64,000 bases of DNA from a virus: positions 1 through 64,000 of IMG/VR virus record IMGVR_UViG_3300020057_001229; one strand, written 5' to 3'. The notes under the pieces were generated by a model. That model was not told the origin of the DNA, did not search any database, and worked only from the letters and a program-made list of their open reading frames with translations. Both the position numbers and the translations under genes were made by a program. Numbering within the stretch: position 1 is the first letter of the stretch; each line of letters opens with the position of its first letter. This document shows, in pieces, positions 47,112-54,961 of the stretch.

Positions 47112-47457
47112 ATGAAATCGAACCTTTCTTCACGCCTCTTTGACTGAGAAGCTTTGCGTTGTGTTTGTGGTAGGCGTGGGGACGACTTAATTTATACAAG
47201 CCTACCGCTAAAAGCAAAGTTAAAACAGTAGAGAATAGTTCGGTATGCAATGGTGGTCGATAGCCTTGCGCAGCAATCTCAAAACAGACTAACGCCCGAC
47301 GAAGCGTCGAGAAGCTAAAGGCTAAAGTGATGAAAAACCAACCTTTGTTGTACTTGAAACCTAACCTCGTATTGAGGGTCACCGACATCACGGCGCTGTA
47401 GGCTTGAAAGATCAAGGTCAGGAGCGACAAAACTATGAGAACGTGCAAGGTGGTCAC
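47077..47457 (-). CDS. Membrane protein
   Basis: Three hydrophobic segments. Confidence 0.5.
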   Translation of the reverse strand: MTTLHVLIVLSLLTLIFQAYSAVMSVTLNTRLGFKYNKGWFFITLAFSFSTLRRALVCFEIAAQGYRPPLHTELFSTVLTLLLAVGLYKLSRPHAYHKHNAKLLSQRGVKKGSISYEGSRDLGRSL

Positions 47458-47561
47458 GCTGGTACTTCTCCTTTCTTGAGTAGTTTCACTTAATCTGCGC
47501 CCGTAGAAGACCTACTAGAACGTCAGATTAAATCATAAACTTACGCCTGGAGCGCTCCTCT

Positions 47562-50500
47562 ATGTCCTATTTGAAACGAGTCAACGAAGTTCTTGCTTGG
47601 GGTAACAACTGGTATTTTCACGAGCCTACTGATCCAGATGAAAAGAAGGATCAAACAGACGAGTGGACCAAGGAGCCTTTGCAGTCGATTAAACGTCCTT
47701 TAGGTAAGTACGCGAAGACGGGCAAGCTCTTCGACGAAGACGCCAACTACACTAGGTGGGACCACGACAAAAACGACAGCGAACGTAAGGCAATGATGGT
47801 CGAAGCTCCTAACTCGGCTGCCGTAGAAGAGGCTCATAAGAAAGCAGCCACTAAGTCTCGTAAGCGTAGTGACCGCTATATCGCTATCAAGAAAATCCAA
47901 GATCAGAAATTCTTGAAGGACATGGTGCTTGATAGTAGCGTCCACGAAGATCTTCGGTCTGCTGCTGCCACACGCATCAAAGACGAGAAAGACATCGAAG
48001 ATCTCTTCCTTAAGCGCGTAGAGGGTGACTCAAGCTTTCCTGTTTCGACGCTTGTAGATTTCTTAAAGAACGAAGCTTTCATCATCAAGAATTTCGACAA
48101 GATCAAGAAGGCAGATGCTCTTCTTCATGTCAACGACGAGAAGCTTTTGACTGAACTACTGCTCGCAAATGCTGACCTCAGAGAGCACTCCTCCGACGTT
48201 CGTAGAATTCTCGACAAGATCAACGACCAGAAGCTTATCTCCAAACTGGCTTTAGACACTAAGAACGGCGACGACCAACAGTACCGCGAGTTTCTCGCCG
48301 TAAAAAGCGACGACAAGAAAGCCTTAGAGCATCTCGCCGAACTAAAGATCGAGCGTGATCCAGCTCGCCACTACTACCACAGTGAGCCAGTTAACCATGC
48401 TGCGTCAGTAGCCTTGTTTAAGCTCAAAGACAAGAATCTCGCCAAGAAAGCCTTAGACGACTCTAACACTACCTACTTAGAAAAGCAGGTAGCGCTCTCC
48501 GTTCTTGAAGATGAAAACGAGTTCAAGAAAGTTGTCACTGACGCTGTCAAAGACGCCAGAAGGAAAAAAGCTGCCCGCGATAACGACAGCGGCAATGACG
48601 AAGACGAAAACATCGACGATGCAGGAATCGAATTTGACGATGAAGACAACTTAGACATGCCTTCGTTCAAAACAGGTTATAACCACTACAGAGGTGGTGA
48701 GCGTAACGAGCTTGTCAATTTTGCTTTGAGCAACATTAAAGACCAAGACTTCCTCAAGAAGGTTCTCCCTACGAGCCCTGACTTTTGGGATCTGGTTAAA
48801 GACCAAAAGTGGAAAGAAGAAATTTTCAAGACGAAAAAGGCAGAAGACGGCTCAGCGCCTGTCGAATATTTGAGCAAAGTAGGCGACGAAAAATTCATCA
48901 TGAAAGAGATTATCGACGCTCTAAAACGTGGCTCTAGCCGTTGGATTATCGACGCCATCAAAGAAGTCCACGATCAACCCTTCTTGAAAATCCTCTATGG
49001 GAAAATGGATCCTAAGAAAGAAGGCAGCTCCCTTCGTAAGGTCATCGTCGAAAACATCACAGACTCTGAATTTCTACTCAAGATCTACAAAAGCGACAAG
49101 TCTACTGACGTTCGGGAAGCTGCCTTCAAGCACTTAGAAGATCCAGAAGCACTCTTCAAAATGTTGATGAAAGAGCGCAGCAAGAGTAACCGCCACACAC
49201 TCATTTGGAAGCTTAGAAAGAACCCTGAGTGGATTGCCAAATATCTAGCTGAAGACTTCGACGACTCAGACACGCACTCTTACGGTACTGGTAAATTAGA
49301 CGCAGCTACAGCCAAAAAGATCTTGAGCGGCGATATCAAAGGTCCCCACATTAGTAGTCTTGATATGAAGAAGTTTACTGAAATTTTCAAAGACGATCAG
49401 CCAACTCTTATCAAGATGCACAACCGCAACGACCGTTTTTCTGGAAGCGCCGTAGACTACATCACCGACGAAGACTTCATTATGGAGAATGTCGGCGCAG
49501 AGAATATGGCTTGGGAAATTGTCGAGAAGCTAAAGAAGCCCGCTAACATTGCCAAGATTGCTATAGAAAATAGAGATTCTACTGTTGCAATGCGCGCGTT
49601 CCACAATCTTAAGAATCCCCCTATCGAAATTTACAACGAGATCGCCGTCAAAGCGAAAGCTGCTGACGTCCGTAAGGCAGCCGTGCCTTATGTCACCGAC
49701 GACAAAGTGCTGAAGAACATTCTACTTTTCGACAAAGATATCGGTACCGTCGTACTTCCCCACTTCAAAGGTGACCTCAAGACCTTGCAAGAAGCTCTTC
49801 TTAAGGCAAAAGATCCTGGAGTGCTCAAAGCCCTCGCAGGGCGTATCAAAGACGACGCGACGTTGAAAGCCTTCGTCCTGAAGGCAACCAACCCCGAAGT
49901 TGGAAGCCTCGCTCTCAAAAGAGTCAAGGACAAAGAATTCCTGAAAACTGTCGCTGAGAAAGGCGTTGAACCGACGTTGGTTCGAACTGCTCTTACGACG
50001 CTAGCTGAAGACGAAGGCAATAAGGCGTTTCTAAGAACGATCTACTTCGAGCGCGACTGGCAGCCGATCTTCGATAAATCGGGTTGGAGATCGCCGTTCG
50101 GTCCCGAAAACCTCAATACTTTGATCGCTCCCTTTCTTAACGCAGACGATATGAAAAGTATCGTCATGAATCCGTCACTACTCAACAACTTCCCTCCTGA
50201 AAAGTTGGATCTAGACGAGAAGATTGCTGCCGAGGCTCTGTCGCAAAAGCCAGAGATTGTTAAAGGCTATAACAACAACCAGCTTCAAGTTCTCTTCGAC
50301 TTAGCTCCAGAGAAAGCAAAAGCGTTCTTCAGTATGAGTTTAGAGAAAATGCTCTTGTACCCGAGCATTCTCTTCGTGGCTGTGCTCCATCTTGAGCCTG
50401 AAGACCTGAACGAAGAAAACATCAGCAGCGTATACGACTGTATAAAGAAGTCGCCGCTGCAAAACCGTATTCCACAAAAAATCATCGACAAGAGTTACGA

Positions 50501-50711
50501 GCTTGGTGATGAAGTGCAGAAGGCAGCTCTCGCTAACCGAGCTTCTGAAGGCGTCCTGACTCCAGAGCACAAAGACAAAATTGGACGTGAGCGCTTTAAG
50601 TACCGGTCGCCTACTAACCGTAACAAGCACAACCTTCCGACGAAGATCAAAGAGGCGGTCAAACATCCTAAAGAAGAGTTGTTGCGTCTTCTCGTTCAAC
50701 TCGCACGCTGA
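47562..50711 (+). CDS. Large HEAT-like alpha-solenoid protein
   Basis: Recurrent VR.AA..I.D..(F/L)L motif; 1049 aa. Confidence 0.8.
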   Translation: MSYLKRVNEVLAWGNNWYFHEPTDPDEKKDQTDEWTKEPLQSIKRPLGKYAKTGKLFDEDANYTRWDHDKNDSERKAMMVEAPNSAAVEEAHKKAATKSRKRSDRYIAIKKIQDQKFLKDMVLDSSVHEDLRSAAATRIKDEKDIEDLFLKRVEGDSSFPVSTLVDFLKNEAFIIKNFDKIKKADALLHVNDEKLLTELLLANADLREHSSDVRRILDKINDQKLISKLALDTKNGDDQQYREFLAVKSDDKKALEHLAELKIERDPARHYYHSEPVNHAASVALFKLKDKNLAKKALDDSNTTYLEKQVALSVLEDENEFKKVVTDAVKDARRKKAARDNDSGNDEDENIDDAGIEFDDEDNLDMPSFKTGYNHYRGGERNELVNFALSNIKDQDFLKKVLPTSPDFWDLVKDQKWKEEIFKTKKAEDGSAPVEYLSKVGDEKFIMKEIIDALKRGSSRWIIDAIKEVHDQPFLKILYGKMDPKKEGSSLRKVIVENITDSEFLLKIYKSDKSTDVREAAFKHLEDPEALFKMLMKERSKSNRHTLIWKLRKNPEWIAKYLAEDFDDSDTHSYGTGKLDAATAKKILSGDIKGPHISSLDMKKFTEIFKDDQPTLIKMHNRNDRFSGSAVDYITDEDFIMENVGAENMAWEIVEKLKKPANIAKIAIENRDSTVAMRAFHNLKNPPIEIYNEIAVKAKAADVRKAAVPYVTDDKVLKNILLFDKDIGTVVLPHFKGDLKTLQEALLKAKDPGVLKALAGRIKDDATLKAFVLKATNPEVGSLALKRVKDKEFLKTVAEKGVEPTLVRTALTTLAEDEGNKAFLRTIYFERDWQPIFDKSGWRSPFGPENLNTLIAPFLNADDMKSIVMNPSLLNNFPPEKLDLDEKIAAEALSQKPEIVKGYNNNQLQVLFDLAPEKAKAFFSMSLEKMLLYPSILFVAVLHLEPEDLNEENISSVYDCIKKSPLQNRIPQKIIDKSYELGDEVQKAALANRASEGVLTPEHKDKIGRERFKYRSPTNRNKHNLPTKIKEAVKHPKEELLRLLVQLAR

Positions 50712-50723
50712 AAAGGATCTCAA

Positions 50724-51668
50724 ATGTTTTTCACTATCACGGCTGACCCCATTAAGGTCACAGAAGTAAAGAAGGCTCCAAGCCTTCCTATCAAGCAGAT
50801 CCTCCTCGACGAGAAAGGCGATAAGGTCTTAGAGAACATCTCAGACGAAGCAGAAGTCTTTTGGGCAGACGTAAAGAAAGCCTTCCCAGCTCTCGAAGCG
50901 CAGCTCAAAGCGATCTTCGGTGGTAAAGACCGTCTCTCTGTTGGCGATCTCAAAAAGAAGATGGGGACTGTAGAAGACGACGAAGCAGCTCTCTGGCTCT
51001 CGCACGTTGACTACAACGACGCATGGCGTATTCAGCGGGAGCTTCCTGAAAACGGCGACGACGATGAAGAAGGCAACAGGGTCGAGTATAAACAGATCGC
51101 GATCCAGCTCAACATCGGACCTTCACTTGTGAAAGCTATCGACGCTGACCCCATTGCGCAAAAGTTCTTCGAGGCTTACTCAAAAATGACTGAAGGTGAT
51201 CACCTTCACCCTAACCACACCCAGTCGATTGCTTGGGCGCGTGTCTACACCTTGAAAGACAAATGGATCATCGAAGAGCTTCAAAGCGATATTTGGGGCG
51301 CTAGTCTTAAAGCTAATGAAATTCCAGACGATGCTAAAGCCTACGACATCATCAATAAGATGCCGAAAGAGGAACAGTCTGACCTCGAACGCTTCTTTCA
51401 TAAGCACTTCATGGATTGGGACAAGAAGCTCATTGCATCCGTCATCAACATGGCGCGTAAGGCAGGTGTCAAAGACATCTATATGTGGGACGAGTCGATC
51501 AAGCAGAAGGTGACACGCTCCAAAAGCAAGCTCGACAAATACTACAAGATCGTACCGCGTGACTTAGGCTTCAAGAAAGATACGCTCAACATCGCAAACA
51601 AAGATCGTCAGGTGTGGCACCGCATTGTCGCCACCTTCAAAGACAGAATTACAGCGAGTCTCAAATGA
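50724..51668 (+). CDS. Hypothetical protein, paralogue of 3871-4755
   Basis: Shared motifs throughout. Confidence 0.8.
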   Translation: MFFTITADPIKVTEVKKAPSLPIKQILLDEKGDKVLENISDEAEVFWADVKKAFPALEAQLKAIFGGKDRLSVGDLKKKMGTVEDDEAALWLSHVDYNDAWRIQRELPENGDDDEEGNRVEYKQIAIQLNIGPSLVKAIDADPIAQKFFEAYSKMTEGDHLHPNHTQSIAWARVYTLKDKWIIEELQSDIWGASLKANEIPDDAKAYDIINKMPKEEQSDLERFFHKHFMDWDKKLIASVINMARKAGVKDIYMWDESIKQKVTRSKSKLDKYYKIVPRDLGFKKDTLNIANKDRQVWHRIVATFKDRITASLK

Positions 51669-52141
51669 AAATCGTAAAAGAGAAATATCAAATTGTAGCC
51701 AAAGATTGGTCTAACGAAACATATTGGGCTTGCTTCGCTTTCGAAGACGAGATCCCCGACGACCTCCACTGCACGCACAAGTTCTTCGGTGAACAAAGCG
51801 ACGAAAGCCGGGACAAGATCTTGGAGACGATGGATTCTTACTTCGCCAAGAAACCTTACGAGACCATCCAAGCCAAGTTTGACCACGAAGAGTTCTTCGG
51901 GGCTGATAAAGACGTTCGGGTTCTTCGGCTTGAGGACGGCGCTAGCCTCGATCCGTTTCTTCTCGATCTCCGCAAGAAGCTTGACGCTTTCGCCGACGAC
52001 AGCTTCCCCGGCTACAAGCCGCACGTCACGACGGACCTCCCCGTAGTCGAGAAGCCTCTGACACGCTACTGTCTTTGTCAGGGTGACAAGATTATCAAGG
52101 AGTGGAAAGCAATGGAGAAAAAAGCAGCAGCAGCAGCTTAG
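51665..52141 (+). CDS. 2H phosphoesterase (Acb1/LigT-like)
   Basis: Two HxT motifs: LHCT and YKPHVT; KYQIVA leader; ATGA overlap at 51665. Confidence 0.8.
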   Translation: MKIVKEKYQIVAKDWSNETYWACFAFEDEIPDDLHCTHKFFGEQSDESRDKILETMDSYFAKKPYETIQAKFDHEEFFGADKDVRVLRLEDGASLDPFLLDLRKKLDAFADDSFPGYKPHVTTDLPVVEKPLTRYCLCQGDKIIKEWKAMEKKAAAAA

Positions 52142-52194
52142 GGTTGACGAGTTCTGTGAGAGCTGCTAGGATTTGGGTAATGGGAGTTCACAAA

Positions 52195-52236
52195 ATGTTC
52201 CGTTCCGTAAATAACAATAATGAAGAAACAAGCTAG
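52195..52236 (+). promoter_or_regulatory. Asn/Glu leader peptide MFRSVNNNNEETS
   Basis: GGGAG SD; promoter TTGACG-N17-TAGGAT; four tandem Asn codons. Confidence 0.88.
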
Positions 52237-52261
52237 GGTCGAAAGTCCTTTCTGGCTTACG

Positions 52262-52290
52262 ACCCGTTTGGTAACCCAAGCGGGTTTTTT
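52262..52290 (+). terminator. Attenuator terminator upstream of tRNA-Asn
   Basis: ACCCGTTTGG-TAAC-CCAAGCGGGT plus T-tract. Confidence 0.88.
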
Positions 52291-52307
52291 ATTTGTATCG
52301 AATTTAT

Positions 52308-52385
52308 TCCGGTGTGGGGGAAGTTGGTAATCCCGCCTCGCTGTTACCGAGGAGCATGTACGTTCGATCCGTACCACCGGAGCCA
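52308..52385 (+). tRNA. tRNA-Asn(GUU)
   Basis: Cloverleaf; loop CTGTTAC; G73 + CCA. Confidence 0.92.
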
Positions 52386-52633
52386 ACTTTTTTAAAGGAC
52401 ACCATGAGAACTTTGAACACGCATCCGAATTGTCCGCCGACTGTCAGCAAAAACTCTGACGGTACCTTTACTGCACACGACATCGGCGAGATGTTGGATT
52501 GGCTTGCGGGAAGTCATGGGGACAGCGGTGTCCTGAAAATGTTGGCTCCAATGAAAGCAGTTGATACAGGTCGAGTCAGTGGTGTTGAGCCTGATGTTAG
52601 CGTTAGTTTAGGAAGTTACGAAGTGTGTGTAGT

Positions 52634-53137
52634 TTAAGCAGTTTCTAGCCTTATTTCTTGGTGTATTTCACGGTGGCAGTTAGCGCAGACCATAACACAT
52701 TTGTCTAATTCTTGTTTTGTACGTTCCCAAGATCTAGTGTGTCCTCCTTGAGAGGGATTGAAATCTTTCACGTTAGGGTCGAGATGGTGAAACTCAAGGG
52801 CGCTTACGCATTTACTGTAGCCGCAACGAGCACAGGAGCCTCCTTTATATGCAATAGATAGCTGCTTTAACTCTCGTCTTCTGTTCGTTACTTTGTCTTT
52901 ACTGTTACAGTTTATCGAGCAGAAACGTGTTTGGGTTCCAGTTAGAGGTTTTTGGCATACGTGCCATGTGCAATAGTTTCCGTTAGGTAGAGGGTTGCGT
53001 TCGTTTAGTGAGCGGGTATTGTGTAAGCCAAAGGGCGAGCAAGTAAGACAAAATTTGCGGTTACACAAATTTCTTTTTTTACCGTCAATTACAGTGTTTA
53101 TTGAGAAATGTGTGTTGCACTTTAGACAAGTAGGCAT
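52634..53137 (-). CDS. Free-standing HNH endonuclease with Cys-rich N-terminus
   Basis: CARCG...ALEFHHLDP..K...KC..VCANCH. Confidence 0.88.
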   Translation of the reverse strand: MPTCLKCNTHFSINTVIDGKKRNLCNRKFCLTCSPFGLHNTRSLNERNPLPNGNYCTWHVCQKPLTGTQTRFCSINCNSKDKVTNRRRELKQLSIAYKGGSCARCGYSKCVSALEFHHLDPNVKDFNPSQGGHTRSWERTKQELDKCVMVCANCHREIHQEIRLETA

Positions 53138-53202
53138 AAGTGTTTTCCGTAGCTAAGAGTTGGGTAACCAAATGGTGTTACTTAATCTAAGCGACGGTCA
53201 TG

Positions 53203-53290
53203 GGGAGAGTAGCCTATCGGCACGAGGCAGCGGCTTGTTAAGCCGCCAGTGGACGTAAGTCCGAAGTGGGTTCGATTCCCACCTCTCCCT
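53203..53290 (+). tRNA. Atypical tRNA with GUU anticodon and long variable arm, no CCA
   Basis: GGGAGAG/CTCTCCC acceptor, GCGGC-TTGTTAA-GCCGC, TGGAC-GTAA-GTCCG arm, GTGGG-TTCGATT-CCCAC. Confidence 0.75.
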
Positions 53291-53316
53291 CTTTTTTTCT
53301 ATAAGGAATTTTCGAT

Positions 53317-53358
53317 ATGCTGTTTCGACTAGAAGAAGAACAAATTAATTCGGGCTGA
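53317..53358 (+). promoter_or_regulatory. Glu leader peptide MLFRLEEEQINSG
   Basis: AAGGA SD; GAA GAA GAA; 3' TCGGGC is complementary to the terminator 5' arm. Confidence 0.88.
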
Positions 53359-53385
53359 GAGAGTCGGTAACGACAACTCTTTTAT

Positions 53386-53412
53386 GCCCGATCTTTGGAT
53401 CGGGCTTTTTTT
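53386..53412 (+). terminator. Attenuator terminator upstream of the tRNA-Glu pair
   Basis: GCCCGATC-TTTG-GATCGGGC-TTTTTTT. Confidence 0.9.
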
Positions 53413-53416
53413 ATGT

Positions 53417-53491
53417 GGCGTGCTCGTCTAGTGGTTAGGACGCTTGGTTCTCAGCCAGGAAAGAGGGGTTCAATTCCCCTGCACGCCTCCA
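53417..53491 (+). tRNA. tRNA-Glu(CUC)
   Basis: Cloverleaf; loop TTCTCAG; CCA. Confidence 0.9.
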
Positions 53492-53496
53492 AGTTC

Positions 53497-53570
53497 GGCG
53501 CATTCGTCTATTGGTAGGATTTCAGAATTTCAATCTGAAGAAAGGGGTTCAATTCCCCTATGCGTCACCA
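53497..53570 (+). tRNA. tRNA-Glu(UUC)
   Basis: Cloverleaf; loop ATTTCAA; CCA. Confidence 0.9.
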
Positions 53571-53624
53571 CTTTACACATTAAAGATTCAGTGTCAGCCC
53601 AGCACCCGCAAGGAGCTTTGACGC

Positions 53625-54380
53625 ATGAATCGCACTCTCTCCGGTTGGTTATCTGCTCACGAAGCGATATGTCCTTCGTGGAGAGAGTTTGTGCATCACG
53701 ACCTACCCTTCGATCACTTAGCACTTAGAACCTTTGCTCACTACGGCGTCGGACAAGACCTCGGTCTAGATGCTCTCAGCTCCATGATCTGCCAAGACAT
53801 GGGTTACAAAGTAGCAGCCGAGTACAACCTAACTGAAAAAAAGGTACGAGCTTACTACCTCGAACGTCAAGACTACCCCAAGATCTTTATCAGCGAGCTT
53901 CTTTGGAGGGAGTTCACTGAAGATGTCCAAAAGGTTTTAGAACGTGTTTTGTCCCACAATGCACCTGTAAGGCTTGCGCCGTGGCTCTTCAAAGGAACTA
54001 GACCTTGGATCAACGCAAGTAAAGAGGACTACGACGCGGTAGCTAAGGAGTCTAGCTACGGCGCTTGGCTGATTGCTTGGGGTTATGTCGCCAACCACTT
54101 CGCCGTTCACCTCAGCATGGACAAGTCGATAGCTCTCTGCAAAAGTCTCAACTTGTCGATGAATGGTGACGGCAAAGTGCAAGGCTCTAAGAGTGTAGGT
54201 TTAGAACAGTGCTCCACGAAGGCGGATCAAATTGTCCACCCACTCTTCGGAGCCTATCTCGACGGCGGCTTCGTTGAGTTCGTTCAGCGTTGGCAAGACC
54301 CCCAAGATCCATTCAAGCTCTACTCCGGCTTCGTAGAGAAGTCGGCAAGCAAAGTCATGGAGTCTACGGGGGAGCGTTGA
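53625..54380 (+). CDS. DUF1338 family (2-oxoadipate dioxygenase/decarboxylase-like)
   Basis: FDHLALRTF, PKIFISEL, ESSYGAW...G..ANHF, LEQ.ST.AD, FVEF..R, A.K..EST. Confidence 0.8.
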   Translation: MNRTLSGWLSAHEAICPSWREFVHHDLPFDHLALRTFAHYGVGQDLGLDALSSMICQDMGYKVAAEYNLTEKKVRAYYLERQDYPKIFISELLWREFTEDVQKVLERVLSHNAPVRLAPWLFKGTRPWINASKEDYDAVAKESSYGAWLIAWGYVANHFAVHLSMDKSIALCKSLNLSMNGDGKVQGSKSVGLEQCSTKADQIVHPLFGAYLDGGFVEFVQRWQDPQDPFKLYSGFVEKSASKVMESTGER

Positions 54381-54508
54381 AAAAAGCTCCCGGTCGATCT
54401 CGTCACATTCCCTGTTTATCTCCTGAGTTACGGTCCAATACTCTAAAAGATCTTCGATCACAATTCCCATAAAAAAGCCCCCCTTGGTAAAGAGAGGCTT
54501 TTAGTAGT

Positions 54509-54877
54509 TTACGGCGGCAGATGTCGAGCGACATCAAAGGTCCGCCACGGACATCCGTGAGCTTTAAACCATGACACTAGCTCCGCACGCTCGCTGTCGG
54601 ACGGCTGCGTAGGAAACCTAGAAGGGGGCATCTTTTTCTCTTCGGCTTCGTGAGCAGCTTTGCGAGCAAACGCTGCGGCGTGCTCCGTCGTGTCGAGGAC
54701 GACGTTTGCCTTCGGTTCGGGACCGCTATGACATCTAGCACAGTAGGTGGTCAGAAGCTCTTGAGCCCTTGCGTCAGTAACCGCAGCAGGTGCAGGAGTG
54801 TCGTCGTGGTTAGACCCTTTGTCGTCACCACAGCCAGTCAGAAGCAGTGCAAGAGCAAGGCTTGAACGTAATAGTAT
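54509..54877 (-). CDS. Lipoprotein c-type cytochrome; ATA start or start-codon-lost pseudogene
   Basis: LLLTGC lipobox, CARCH haem motif, MPP, ERAELVSW; not in the ORF track. Confidence 0.75.
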   Translation of the reverse strand: MLLRSSLALALLLTGCGDDKGSNHDDTPAPAAVTDARAQELLTTYCARCHSGPEPKANVVLDTTEHAAAFARKAAHEAEEKKMPPSRFPTQPSDSERAELVSWFKAHGCPWRTFDVARHLPP

Positions 54878-54961
54878 GGAAATCCCCCCAATCTAAATTT
54901 ATAGACAATCGGTTGATTGTAGAGCCCAAAGGTATGGCTATCAAGCTGTCATAATGGCGGG

